64,000 nucleotides of DNA. Source: Verrucomicrobiota bacterium (GTDB lineage Bacteria > Verrucomicrobiota > Verrucomicrobiia > Limisphaerales > AAA164-E04). Below, piece after piece: positions 1 to 9,802 of this stretch (position 1 is the first letter of the stretch; the number at the start of each line of letters is the position of its first letter). The stretch is from positions 2,848,001 through 2,912,000 of the forward strand of contig CP170459.1 of the NCBI GenBank assembly GCA_047947115.1. The letters run 5' to 3'. The notes beneath the pieces were generated by a model. The model was not told the origin of the DNA. It saw only the letters and a list, made by a program, of their open reading frames with translations, and did no database searches. The translations under genes were made by a program, and so were the position numbers.

Positions 1-584
1 CCAATGGCGTTTCTGAACCGATCAAGACCGACCCTGACAGTCCGGTTGCTCCGGCGGATGCCCCGGATCTGGACACGGGAATTTCAAGCGATTGGGTCTT
101 GAAGGATCAAACAGGCGGACCGATCGACAACAACAGCATCCCTGAAAAAACGATTGCGACTGACCTGACGTCCACTCCCAAGACCGAGGAAGTGAAACGA
201 GGACTGATCGAGCACGAAATCAAGTCCGGAGATTTGCTGTCCAGATTGGCCAGCAAATACAACACGACCCTCAAGGACATTCTGGCCAAAAATCCCGGTG
301 TGGATCCTCGAAAACTTCGCATTGGATATAAATTGTTCATTCCTCAAAACTCCGCCCTTGATTCAGGCGTTTCCGTTCAAACTGCCTCTAGCGCCACGTC
401 GACTCCGGTGACCAACGGCCAGAAGGTATATACCGTCAAAGCAGGAGATTATCTGACCACCATTGCCAAGAACAACGGGGTGAGTCTGGAGGCGTTGAGA
501 AAGGCCAACAATATCAACACCCACATTATCCATCCCGGTCAGAAACTGGTCATTCCGGTGAAGACGGTCGCTTCGGGACGGTAA
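1..584 (+). CDS. LysM peptidoglycan-binding protein (two LysM domains), 5'-partial
   Basis: Frame is open from position 3. Two LysM repeats (HEIKSGDLLSRLASKYNTT...LRIGYKLFIP; YTVKAGDYLTTIAKNNGVS...IHPGQKLVIP). Lies just upstream of ftsW. Confidence 0.9.
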   Translation, partial: NGVSEPIKTDPDSPVAPADAPDLDTGISSDWVLKDQTGGPIDNNSIPEKTIATDLTSTPKTEEVKRGLIEHEIKSGDLLSRLASKYNTTLKDILAKNPGVDPRKLRIGYKLFIPQNSALDSGVSVQTASSATSTPVTNGQKVYTVKAGDYLTTIAKNNGVSLEALRKANNINTHIIHPGQKLVIPVKTVASGR

Positions 585-637
585 CATCGAAGTGGATAGG
601 GTTTTCCGGCAAAGATCAACCTTTGGAAACAACAGGA

Positions 638-1789
638 ATGAGTGGAGTGGAAAGCAAATGTCAGGGTGTGCGGCAGGCCACCTACTTGTTGATCTTGTGT
701 GTGGCGTTTCTGCTCACCTTTGGTTCTGTGGTGATCTATAGTGCCAGCATGCATGAGGAGGGGTCGTCCCTGTTGGTCAGACATGTGATGTATGTCGGTC
801 TGGGGTTATGCGGCGCTTTGTTTCTCGCATGGAAGGATTACGCGTGGATTCAGAAAAACGCGCTTTGGTTTTTTACGGTGGCTGTGGTGTTGTTGGCATT
901 GATCTTTGTCGCGGGTGAGGTGCGGAACCATGCTCGTCGGTGGTTTGTCTTCAGGAACTCCATCAGTTTTCAACCCTCGGAGTTTGCCAAACTGGCATTG
1001 ATCGTTTTCCTTGCATGGTATGGCGAAAAATACAGCGAGCAAATGAAGAGCTGGAGCAAGGGTTTTATCTATCCTCTGTTGCCCATTGGTTTGCTGTTGG
1101 GTTTGATATTTGCCGAGCCTGACCGGGGAACCACGATTTTGCTGGGTGCTCTTACAGCCATGGTGCTTTTGTTGGCCGGTTCGCGTTGGACCGGTTTTGC
1201 AGCGTTGTTTACCGCGGGGATCAGTGGTTTGATTTACATTTTCAGTACCCAGAGTATGCCGCGACAACGCTTGATGGCATGGTTGTATCCGGAGAAGTTC
1301 AAGGAGGATCAGGCTTACCAAATTTGGCAGTCATTGCTTGCATTTGGTTCGGGAGGTCTGGAGGGAATGGGGCTTGGTAATGGCAGGATCAAGATCAAGT
1401 TTCTGCCGGAGCAACAGACGGATTTTATTTTCGCCGTTGTGGGTGAAGAGTTGGGCTTGTTTGTATCCATCGGATTGGTTTTGATGTTTGCTTTGCTGGT
1501 GCTTTGTGGTCTGTTTATTGCCTGGAATGCCAGAGATCGATTTGGCTTTCTCACCGCTTCCGGGATCACGTTCCTGATCGGGATGCAGGCACTGATCAAT
1601 GTGGCGGTGGTTACCAATACCCTTCCCAACAAAGGATTATCATTACCGTTTATCAGTTACGGAGGATCCAATCTCATGTTTATGATGGCCGGAGTCGGAA
1701 TTCTGGTGAGCATCGCTCATCATTCCGTCAAATCCATTGGTCAAATCGGCCCTTTACCCGTCGAGCCGGAAGAATTGCTGCGCGCATGA
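638..1789 (+). CDS. ftsW: SEDS family peptidoglycan polymerase FtsW
   Basis: About 10 TM helices; motifs ARRW, FQPSEFAKL, EPDRGT, LPEQQTDFIFAVVGEELG, LPFISYGGS. Directly upstream of murG. ATG 638 chosen over TTG 623. Confidence 0.93.
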   Translation: MSGVESKCQGVRQATYLLILCVAFLLTFGSVVIYSASMHEEGSSLLVRHVMYVGLGLCGALFLAWKDYAWIQKNALWFFTVAVVLLALIFVAGEVRNHARRWFVFRNSISFQPSEFAKLALIVFLAWYGEKYSEQMKSWSKGFIYPLLPIGLLLGLIFAEPDRGTTILLGALTAMVLLLAGSRWTGFAALFTAGISGLIYIFSTQSMPRQRLMAWLYPEKFKEDQAYQIWQSLLAFGSGGLEGMGLGNGRIKIKFLPEQQTDFIFAVVGEELGLFVSIGLVLMFALLVLCGLFIAWNARDRFGFLTASGITFLIGMQALINVAVVTNTLPNKGLSLPFISYGGSNLMFMMAGVGILVSIAHHSVKSIGQIGPLPVEPEELLRA

Positions 1790-3003
1790 ATGACTCTGAT
1801 GACACAACTCCTCGATCTTTCAAAGTAGCCCTTGCCTGCGGAGGCACAGGAGGACACCTCTTCCCCGGAGTGGCCATCGCCGATGTGTTGAAGCAAAACG
1901 GGCATGAAGTTTTATTGATTTTATCTGACAAGAAAGTGGATCAAGCCGCCTCCTCATCGATCCATCATCCCCATATCACTTTGCCCAGCGTGGCTTGGCA
2001 GAAAGGAAAGCGTCTGCGTTTTCTGACCAGTTTCCCCAAAGTCCTTCACCGGTGTCGCACGGTTTTCAAGGATCATTGCCCGGATGCCGTACTTGCGATG
2101 GGTGGTTTTACCAGTCTTGCCCCGGTATTGACCGCTCGTCGTTGGAAAAAACCTGTGTTCCTGCATGAAAGTAACGCTTTTCCCGGTCGAGCCATTCGGT
2201 TGCTGGCCCGGTGGGCTGACACTGGGTTTGTGGGATTCGAAAAGACCATCAGCAGGATTCCGGGTGTCCCATGTCATGTTACAGGAACTCCAGTTCGTAA
2301 ATCCTTGCGTCAATTGGACAGGGAAGCTTGTGTTCGTGCTCTGGGGTTAAAAGTCGATCGTCCGGTGTTGTTGGTTACCGGAGGCAGTCAGGGAGCTGTT
2401 GCCATCAATCGCTTGATCTTATCCAATCTCGACAGGATTAAGTCAACGTTTCCCACTCTTCAGATCATGCACTTGTGTGGTTTGCATGAAGACCTGCCGG
2501 GTGTGTGCCGACAATATGCTAACCATGGAATCGACGCACAAGTCCACGCATTTTTCGATCGGATGGATCTCGCCCTTGGAGCTGCGACAGCCGCCATCGG
2601 AAGATCCGGCGCTTCGTTCATGGCTGAACTCGTTGCGGTCGGTCTGCCCTCTATGTTGATTCCATTTCCTCATGCGGCTGATAATCATCAGTTGGAAAAC
2701 GCGTTGAGCCTGAGTGAACTGGGCGCTGCCATTCATTTTGATGAGCAAACCGCTGACGCAGGCATTTTCATCAAGAAATTGGAAATTCTTCTGAAAGATG
2801 ATGCCCAACGATCCAGGATGCGGGCGGTCATGTCGGGGTTGGATCGTCCGGATTCGGCGCAGGTTATTGTTTCACACATGTCCACGCTTGTCGGCAGCCG
2901 CCGTTTCAATGAAAAAGGATCGGAAAAGTCGCGGCAATCAACCAACGCACAGGGCAGATCCGGTCAATCGCATTCAAGCCATCAGGTATCGACGGTGTCA
3001 TGA
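1786..3003 (+). CDS. murG: Undecaprenyl-PP-MurNAc-pentapeptide GlcNAc transferase MurG
   Basis: GGTGGHLFPG, MGGF, HESN, TGTPVR, GGSQGA, GRSGAS, NHQLENA. ATGA overlap with the ftsW stop. Confidence 0.95.
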   Translation: MNDSDDTTPRSFKVALACGGTGGHLFPGVAIADVLKQNGHEVLLILSDKKVDQAASSSIHHPHITLPSVAWQKGKRLRFLTSFPKVLHRCRTVFKDHCPDAVLAMGGFTSLAPVLTARRWKKPVFLHESNAFPGRAIRLLARWADTGFVGFEKTISRIPGVPCHVTGTPVRKSLRQLDREACVRALGLKVDRPVLLVTGGSQGAVAINRLILSNLDRIKSTFPTLQIMHLCGLHEDLPGVCRQYANHGIDAQVHAFFDRMDLALGAATAAIGRSGASFMAELVAVGLPSMLIPFPHAADNHQLENALSLSELGAAIHFDEQTADAGIFIKKLEILLKDDAQRSRMRAVMSGLDRPDSAQVIVSHMSTLVGSRRFNEKGSEKSRQSTNAQGRSGQSHSSHQVSTVS

Positions 3004-5363
3004 TCACAGAAAATCCATTTGCATTGAACGACTGGTTGAAGGAGCACCCGGGGGCGGGACTCTATTTTGTTGGAATTGGTGGTTGTGGTATGAGTGGTCT
3101 GGCTCATTTGGCGGTGGATGCCGGATTTCGTGTGGCCGGTTCCGACTTGAGTCACAAGGAATATCTGGAATCACTCAAAGGTCGGGGAGTGGCCATTGAA
3201 TTGGGACACTCTGTCGATCATCTGGAAGGATTCAAACCTGATTTGCTGGTTGTGTCGTCGGCCATTCCAGAAAGCAATCCCCAGTTCGAAGCGGCCAGAC
3301 AGTGGAATGTTCCCATGGTGCATCGGGCTGCATTGTTGGGTGCCTTGAGCCGTACCAAACGTTCGCTTTGTGTCGCGGGCATGCACGGGAAGACCACCAC
3401 ATCGGGCTTGCTTGCTTATGCGCTGCAGAATTTGAATGCTCCCATGTCGCACGCCATCGGAGGTCGGGTGCCTCAACTGGTGCGGCATGGAAATCATATC
3501 GCCCCGGTGCCCCTATCCGCACAGTCCGAGGGGATACCTCCTTACATGGTGGTGGAAACGGATGAAAGCGACGGGAGTCTCCTGGAGTTTGAGCCCGATC
3601 ATGCGATTTGCCTGAACATCGATCGTGAACACATGGACTATTACCGGTCCATCGATGACATTGTTCAGGTATTTGAACGGTTTCGGGATCGGGTTCGCGG
3701 CAAGACGCTGTATTGTGTGGACGACGCACGTCTCCGGGAGGTGTTTATGGGGCACGAGCAGGCGGTCTCCTTCGGCTTTTCACCTTTGGCTGTCTATCAG
3801 ATTGAAAACCATCAACCGGCCTCACACTTGAATCCCTACCACCGATTCAGTCTGCGCCATGGACGCCGTTCTCACGATGATTTTGAAATCAGCATCCACG
3901 GTCGGGACAATGTTTCCAATGCGGCTGCCGTGTTGGTGATGTTGCTCGAACTGGGGTATGCGGTGGGTGATATCCGATATGCCATTCGTGATTTTCGGGG
4001 AGTTGATCGTCGGCAGCAGGTGTTGTTTCAGGACACCGATCACACCGTGATTGATGATTACGGGCATCACCCTACGGAAATTGCCAGCACCTTGAGTTCC
4101 CTCCGATCCCGTGCTGAAGGTCGGTTGCTGGTTGCTTTTGAGCCGCATCGTTACTCGCGTACGGCGAGTTTGATGGATGAATTTGGGAAATGTTTCAAGC
4201 AGGCCGATCGGCTTTGGTTGTTGGATATTTATGCGGCTCACGAGAACCCATTGCCCGGAGTGTCCAGCGAATCTTTGGCTCATCAACTGGCAAAGCAAGG
4301 TGTGCCGGTCGTTCATCATTCGGATGCATCCACTCTGCCGGCAGCCATTCGATCTGAATTGAATCCCGGAGATTGGGTGGTGTTTCTGGGGGCTGGCACC
4401 ATCACCAGGTCGGCTCAGGCTTTCGCCGACATATTGAAAGGAGAACATCATATGGATCTGAATAACCTGTCTCAGTCTCTCAGCCGTTGCTTGAGCCAGG
4501 TGAGCACCATTAAAACCAACGAACTTCTCGGGCCGAAAACGACTCTTAAAGTCGGTGGACCCGCCGATATGTTTGTTGTTCCCGGGCATTGCGACGATTT
4601 GGCGGCGACCTTGAAGTGGGCCAAAGCACATCACGTGCCGCTGACTCTGTTGGGTAGGGGATCCAATTTATTGATCAAGGATAAAGGCATCCGAGGGTTG
4701 GTGGTTTCTTTGTCTCATGAGACGTTTTCCGAGATCAGTGTTGAGGGAGATCGACTCGTTTGCGGCGCGGGAACCCGTCTCAAGCAGTTGACCGAGGTTG
4801 CCCGCAAGAATGGGCTGGCCGGATTGGAGTTTTTGGAGGGGATTCCCGGTTGTGTGGGAGGGGCTTTACGGATGAACGCCGGCGCGATGGGGCGCGAGAC
4901 TTTTGGTGTGGTGGAGCAAATGACCACCATGGATCGCGACGGAAATCTCCATGTCTGGAAGGCATCTGAAGTTGCCACGCATTACCGACGGTGTCCATTG
5001 CTGACAAAACACATCGCTCTTTCCGCTGTTTTCAAAGGAACCCCATCGGAACCTGAAACGGTGAAGCGTACCATGGATGATTACTGCCAGCGTCGGAAAG
5101 GTTCCCAACCGATCGCCTCCAGCGCGGGATGCATGTTTAAGAATCCGGAGAACATTCCTGCGGGGAAATTGATTGATGAACTGGGATTGAAAGGAACGCG
5201 TATCGGAGATGCCATGATTTCCGAGGTGCACGGTAACTTTATTGTCAACTTGGGGGATGCCCGGTCCAGTGATGTGATTACTCTGATCGAGCTGGTCAAG
5301 GATCGGGCTAAATCAAATCGGGGCATCGATTTGGAAGTGGAAGTTCAGGTGGTGGGAGAATGA
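3000..5363 (+). CDS. murC/murB: MurC-MurB fusion (UDP-MurNAc-Ala ligase + UDP-N-acetylenolpyruvylglucosamine reductase)
   Basis: N-half: GIGGCGMSGLA, GMHGKTTT, ETDESDGS, DDYGHHPTEI. C-half: KVGGPA, LGRGSNLL, GIPGCVGGALRMNAGA, SAGCMFKNP, HGNFIVN. One continuous ORF. Confidence 0.95.
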   Translation: MITENPFALNDWLKEHPGAGLYFVGIGGCGMSGLAHLAVDAGFRVAGSDLSHKEYLESLKGRGVAIELGHSVDHLEGFKPDLLVVSSAIPESNPQFEAARQWNVPMVHRAALLGALSRTKRSLCVAGMHGKTTTSGLLAYALQNLNAPMSHAIGGRVPQLVRHGNHIAPVPLSAQSEGIPPYMVVETDESDGSLLEFEPDHAICLNIDREHMDYYRSIDDIVQVFERFRDRVRGKTLYCVDDARLREVFMGHEQAVSFGFSPLAVYQIENHQPASHLNPYHRFSLRHGRRSHDDFEISIHGRDNVSNAAAVLVMLLELGYAVGDIRYAIRDFRGVDRRQQVLFQDTDHTVIDDYGHHPTEIASTLSSLRSRAEGRLLVAFEPHRYSRTASLMDEFGKCFKQADRLWLLDIYAAHENPLPGVSSESLAHQLAKQGVPVVHHSDASTLPAAIRSELNPGDWVVFLGAGTITRSAQAFADILKGEHHMDLNNLSQSLSRCLSQVSTIKTNELLGPKTTLKVGGPADMFVVPGHCDDLAATLKWAKAHHVPLTLLGRGSNLLIKDKGIRGLVVSLSHETFSEISVEGDRLVCGAGTRLKQLTEVARKNGLAGLEFLEGIPGCVGGALRMNAGAMGRETFGVVEQMTTMDRDGNLHVWKASEVATHYRRCPLLTKHIALSAVFKGTPSEPETVKRTMDDYCQRRKGSQPIASSAGCMFKNPENIPAGKLIDELGLKGTRIGDAMISEVHGNFIVNLGDARSSDVITLIELVKDRAKSNRGIDLEVEVQVVGE

Positions 5364-6289
5364 GTCATAACCTCAATATTGCAGTCTTGATGGGCGGACC
5401 TTCGGCGGAACGCGAGGTCTCGCTGAAATCCGGTGCCGCCGTTGCCAAAGCGCTTGAAAGTTGTGGGCACCGGGTGACGAGGGTGGACCCGCAGGATGGC
5501 GTGCTACAGCTGCCGCCGGGAATGGATGTGGTCTTTCTGGCTTTGCACGGGACCTATGGTGAGGATGGTTCCGTCCAGCAGGAACTCGAAGCCATCGGTA
5601 TGCCTTACACTGGCAGCAGGCCGACCGCCAGCCGGCTTGCTTTTGACAAATTGGCTTCGAAACGTGTGTTTTGGGAACAAGGTCTGGCCACACCGAGGTT
5701 CTGCTCGGTGTCCCAGTCGGATGCCACCATTCCGTCGGATCTGGGAATGCCGTTGGTGGTGAAACCTGTCAGGCAAGGGTCCAGCGTTGGTTTGAGTTTT
5801 ATTCGCGAAACCGGACAATGGGTGAGTGCCCTTGAGGAGGTTTTGAAATTTGGTGGGGAAGCATTGGTGGAAGAATTCATTACAGGCCGCGAACTGACCG
5901 TTGGCATACTTGGGGAGGAAGCTTGTCCCATAGTGGAAATTCGTCCCAATGACGAGGCAGCCTATGATTATGAACACAAATACACCGTGGGGGCGACGCG
6001 CTACTTCTGCCCTGCTGATTTGGATGAAGAAGTGACGCGTCAATGTCAGTTGCTGGCTTTGAACGCTTTCAAGGCTCTGGGCTGTGAGGGGTATGGGCGT
6101 GTGGACATCATGCTGGATGGGGATCAGGCCTATTTGTTGGAAGTGAACACACTGCCCGGCATGACCGAAACCAGCTTGTTGCCCATGTCGGCGGGCGCGA
6201 GGGATATGGGGTTTGCCGAATTATGTGAGTGGATGATTCAGGACGCTCTGGATCGCCACGCAAAAAACAACAAAGGGAACCCTGCTTGA
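5360..6289 (+). CDS. ddl: D-alanine-D-alanine ligase
   Basis: GGPSAEREVSLKSG, LHGTYGEDG, KPVRQGSSVG, YDYEHKY, LEVNTLPGMT. Confidence 0.96.
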   Translation: MSHNLNIAVLMGGPSAEREVSLKSGAAVAKALESCGHRVTRVDPQDGVLQLPPGMDVVFLALHGTYGEDGSVQQELEAIGMPYTGSRPTASRLAFDKLASKRVFWEQGLATPRFCSVSQSDATIPSDLGMPLVVKPVRQGSSVGLSFIRETGQWVSALEEVLKFGGEALVEEFITGRELTVGILGEEACPIVEIRPNDEAAYDYEHKYTVGATRYFCPADLDEEVTRQCQLLALNAFKALGCEGYGRVDIMLDGDQAYLLEVNTLPGMTETSLLPMSAGARDMGFAELCEWMIQDALDRHAKNNKGNPA

Positions 6290-6293
6290 TAGA

Positions 6294-7277
6294 TTGAATC
6301 GAACCATGTTTTTCTTTTCCCAAAAATCACCTTTCAGCGCCGAGTCCACTTCGGAGGACATCGGGCTGGGACGTCAGCGTCGCGAGAAAAGAAAAAGGCG
6401 GGTGCGGCGAGTGCTGCGTGTGGGAAGTTGGCTGAGCGCCGTCCTGTTTGCCGCCTGGACATTGCACAGCGGGATCCACATTTTTCTTCAGAAGTATGTT
6501 TATACGAATGATACCCTCTCCTTGAAACGATTCACAGTCCGCTCCCAAGGTGTCATTCCACAGCGATTACTGGTGCAATGGACGGGGTTGAAGCCTGGTG
6601 ACAACCTGCTGGGGTTTGAACTGGCCGAAATCAAGCGCAACCTGGAACTGTCTCCGTTCATCGCCGAAGCATCGGTGGAACGTGTCTTTCCCGAAACACT
6701 GAGCATTCATGTGCGTGAACGCAAACCCAAAGCCCGCATACAATTGTTGCAGTTGGACGGGACCCCGAATGGGTCCATCAGGCTGGTTCCATTGATGCTG
6801 GATGAAAAGGGGGTGGTCATGTCACGGCCCACTCAGGGTGAAATACCTATTTCCATGCGATTGAAATGGGATCAACTTCCGGAAATCACGGGTGTCAATG
6901 GCATTCCCATTCACATAGGGCGCGCGGTGGACGATCCTCGCTTGAAAGCCGCCATTCATTGGGTGATGACATTTCAGGAGTCGCTGGTGCACTCTATGGT
7001 GACCGTCACCGAAGTCAACGTATCCGAGCCTGATGTGATCCAAGTGAAAACAGAGGATGGCCAAAAGGTTTTATTTGGTTTTGACGATACCTTGGCTCAA
7101 CTGGCCAAGTGGATGCAGGTGATTGATTTCGGTCGTGAAATCGGTCGCCGACTGTCCTTTTTGAATTTAACCATTCCAAACAACATGCCGTTCGAATGGA
7201 TGCCTGAAGAAGCGCTTCAGGCGGACGAACGGAGAAACAGAACCCAATTGCCTACGTTGAATCATGTGGATGTTTAA
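6294..7277 (+). CDS. ftsQ: Cell division protein FtsQ/DivIB
   Basis: Basic N-tail, single TM, POTRA-like segment ending ASVERVFPETLSIHVRERKP. Lies between ddl and ftsA. Start uncertain. Confidence 0.85.
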   Translation: MNRTMFFFSQKSPFSAESTSEDIGLGRQRREKRKRRVRRVLRVGSWLSAVLFAAWTLHSGIHIFLQKYVYTNDTLSLKRFTVRSQGVIPQRLLVQWTGLKPGDNLLGFELAEIKRNLELSPFIAEASVERVFPETLSIHVRERKPKARIQLLQLDGTPNGSIRLVPLMLDEKGVVMSRPTQGEIPISMRLKWDQLPEITGVNGIPIHIGRAVDDPRLKAAIHWVMTFQESLVHSMVTVTEVNVSEPDVIQVKTEDGQKVLFGFDDTLAQLAKWMQVIDFGREIGRRLSFLNLTIPNNMPFEWMPEEALQADERRNRTQLPTLNHVDV

Positions 7278-8493
7278 GCAGGATTCCTTTGTGACCGCAC
7301 TTGAAATTGGCACTTCGAAAGTCGTTGCCATCATAGCCGAAGTCAATGAGTCGGAAGCCATCAATATTGTCGGTTTTGGAGAGGCCAAATCGCATGGTGT
7401 GCTCAAAGGCGAAATCATCGATTCCAAAGTGGCTTACGAGGATATTCGAAAGGCCATCCGGGAAGCCGAAGACAGAGCTGACCGAGAGGTGCATCAAGTG
7501 TATCTGGGAGTGACCGGACAACATATCACTTCCAACAACTACACGGGCTCCCACGCCATTGCCTCAAGCGACCGTTTTATTTCCGAAGAAGACGTGGATG
7601 ATGTCATGAGCAATGCCCGACGATTCAACCTGAATCATGGGCAGCACATGATTCATGTCATCCGCCAGCAGTTTAAGGTTGATGGTCGGACGGTACATCA
7701 ATCTCCCATCGGTATGGCCGGATCCGATCTGGCTGTCGTGCTGCATGCAGTTCAGGGGTACAAAGAGCCATTGCAGCGGCCGGTTCAGTTATTGCGTAAA
7801 ATGAAATTGGAAGCCGAGAATCTAGTTTTCAATGGATTGGCTTCCGCACTCTCGGTGTTAAGTCCTGCCCAGAAAGCGGAGGGAGCCTTGGTCATCGATC
7901 TTGGGGCAGGGACCACCGAGTATGCCGCTTGTTCCAAGGGAGTGGTCTGTCATTCAGGTGTGCTGGCCGTGGGGGGGGATCATGTGACGGAAGATTTGTC
8001 GATCGGTTTGGAATGTCCCTTTACTCGCGCCGAAGATTTGAAGATCAAATTTGGATCCGCTGTGGTGTCCGAGTCGGCTCGTGGCCAGGTGAGAGAATTG
8101 GTGAACGAGGTTGGATTGACGGACCGACGTGTCAATGTGGAAAGTTTGAGGCGGATCATGTCTGAACGGTTGAAGGAAATATTCGCAATCATCGCTGCCG
8201 AGCTGGATCGCTGTGACATGACGGACATGGTCCACAGCGTGGTATTGTGTGGCGGTGGTTCATCCACGCCCGAGATTTGCACACTGGCTTCCAAGGTGCT
8301 CGAGTTGCCCGTTCAAATAGGTGCGGGAGTCAATCTGCACGGACCGAGTTCCATCATCGAACGACCTGAATATGCAACCGCGCTTGGTTTACTGAAATTT
8401 GGATCCTTTGACCTGGCGCGCCAGCGCGAATCGGCCGCCTCGCGTATACCGCTCAAGGATCGCATCAAGAGCCTGCTTCGTATCGAATCTTAA
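7264..8493 (+). CDS. ftsA: Cell division protein FtsA
   Basis: Actin-like motifs LEIGTSKV, IDLGAGTT, VGGDHVT, LCGGGS, YATALGL. Amphipathic C-tail LKDRIKSLLR. Start may be ATG 7270. Confidence 0.93.
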   Translation: MWMFKQDSFVTALEIGTSKVVAIIAEVNESEAINIVGFGEAKSHGVLKGEIIDSKVAYEDIRKAIREAEDRADREVHQVYLGVTGQHITSNNYTGSHAIASSDRFISEEDVDDVMSNARRFNLNHGQHMIHVIRQQFKVDGRTVHQSPIGMAGSDLAVVLHAVQGYKEPLQRPVQLLRKMKLEAENLVFNGLASALSVLSPAQKAEGALVIDLGAGTTEYAACSKGVVCHSGVLAVGGDHVTEDLSIGLECPFTRAEDLKIKFGSAVVSESARGQVRELVNEVGLTDRRVNVESLRRIMSERLKEIFAIIAAELDRCDMTDMVHSVVLCGGGSSTPEICTLASKVLELPVQIGAGVNLHGPSSIIERPEYATALGLLKFGSFDLARQRESAASRIPLKDRIKSLLRIES

Positions 8494-8509
8494 CGACATT
8501 TCCATAGTT

Positions 8510-9802
8510 ATGACTGTCAGCAAAAGTAAGGAAAGTGGCGCTGCACCGGTTTACAAAGACCGGCTGATCGGTGTCGGGCAGATGGGCGGTAAGGTGGCAT
8601 CCATGATCCTACAGCGTGGCGAACTGCCCGCCCGGGGCGTGGCACTCGACATCGATGCATCCCATCTGGAAGACCTCCAACAAGAAGGCCTCATGAAAAT
8701 TCTCTGCGACGGAGAAGGGAACATGCGTGAGGTTGGCGATCAGGAGGGGGATACATTTTCAGGAACATCCGAAAATCATTACTGTCCGGAAGCACTGGGA
8801 GGCCATTCCGACTGGGCCATGTTGGTGGCGGGGTTGGGGGATGATTGTTCAGATCCCATCCTTCGTCAGACCGTTTCGACCGTCAAAAAACAAGGAAGCC
8901 TCGCTCTTGTCATATGTTCGCTTCCTTTCGACATGGAAGGAGAAGAGAAAAAGGAGTTGGCTGAAAAAACGTTGGAAGACCTCCTTCAGATGGCGGATGC
9001 GGTGATTGCACTTCCCAACCAGAGTTATCTGAAAAATCGTAATCAACCTGTTAAAATGAAGGAGGCTTTTGAAATGAGCCGCCTCGCATTGAGCAAGGCC
9101 ACTGAGGGTGTGTGGGAAATGCTGCATGCCGATGGGTTGACAAAGATCAAGCTTTCTCACCTCCGGGAACTGTTCCGCGGTCAACATGTGGAAGGGCTGT
9201 TCGCATCCTCCGAAGCGGAAGGGGAGGACCGTGCCAAAGAGGCGGTGGAAGATCTGCTCCGACACCCACAAATGGAAGCTGGACAGGCATTGCGGCTGGC
9301 GGATGCATGTTTGCTGCAGGTTACCGGGGATGAAAGCCTGACCTTCAAGGAAGTGGACCGCATCAAACGCCACGTTCGCCGGTTTTTACCCGAGGACAAA
9401 TCTCTGGTGGTTGGGACGTCCGTGGGTGGCACCCGGGCGGGTGTTCTTTCCATTCGCTTAATCAGTGCTCATGTTTCCCATACCTTGCCCCCACTGAAGC
9501 AGTCGGACCAAAAGGCGGAACAAGTGAAAATCGCTCCGGATTATTTTCCCGTCCCCATTGAGAAAGTGTCACAGCCCGCCCCATTGGATCTTCAAGAACC
9601 GGCTCAACAAGAAGAAGTGGTCATTCAGAACAGTGGCAAAGAGCTGCCTATTGACACCCCTCATCCGATGGCGCCTCCACCGTCTGCCAAGCGCCGCAAG
9701 GGGGTTGGTAAAAAGTACGGGTCTTCTCAAAAAAGAGTGGGTAAATTGAGCACGTCGGGATGCCCTATCGCTCTGTTCCAGTCCAGTAAAACATCAGCAT
9801 AA
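8510..9802 (+). CDS. ftsZ: FtsZ-like protein with degenerate GTPase motifs, truncated by ISL3 (native sequence to 9718, then 27 IS-derived residues)
   Basis: Follows ftsA. FtsZ-fold landmarks IGVG, LDID, VAGLG, PFDMEG, DAVIALPN, EGEDRAKEAV, LQVTG, VVGTS. Signature GGGTG(S/T)G is replaced by GDDCSDP. Confidence 0.88.
   Translation: MTVSKSKESGAAPVYKDRLIGVGQMGGKVASMILQRGELPARGVALDIDASHLEDLQQEGLMKILCDGEGNMREVGDQEGDTFSGTSENHYCPEALGGHSDWAMLVAGLGDDCSDPILRQTVSTVKKQGSLALVICSLPFDMEGEEKKELAEKTLEDLLQMADAVIALPNQSYLKNRNQPVKMKEAFEMSRLALSKATEGVWEMLHADGLTKIKLSHLRELFRGQHVEGLFASSEAEGEDRAKEAVEDLLRHPQMEAGQALRLADACLLQVTGDESLTFKEVDRIKRHVRRFLPEDKSLVVGTSVGGTRAGVLSIRLISAHVSHTLPPLKQSDQKAEQVKIAPDYFPVPIEKVSQPAPLDLQEPAQQEEVVIQNSGKELPIDTPHPMAPPPSAKRRKGVGKKYGSSQKRVGKLSTSGCPIALFQSSKTSA
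9711..9718. repeat. Left target-site duplication AAAAGTAC
   Basis: Identical copy at 11251-11258. Confidence 0.93.

Noticed and set aside
1504..1785. N-terminal extensions in the ORF track (murG, ftsZ, ribBA, DUF1501, E2, gspK)
   Set aside because: They overlap upstream genes or spacers; homology starts at later ATGs.
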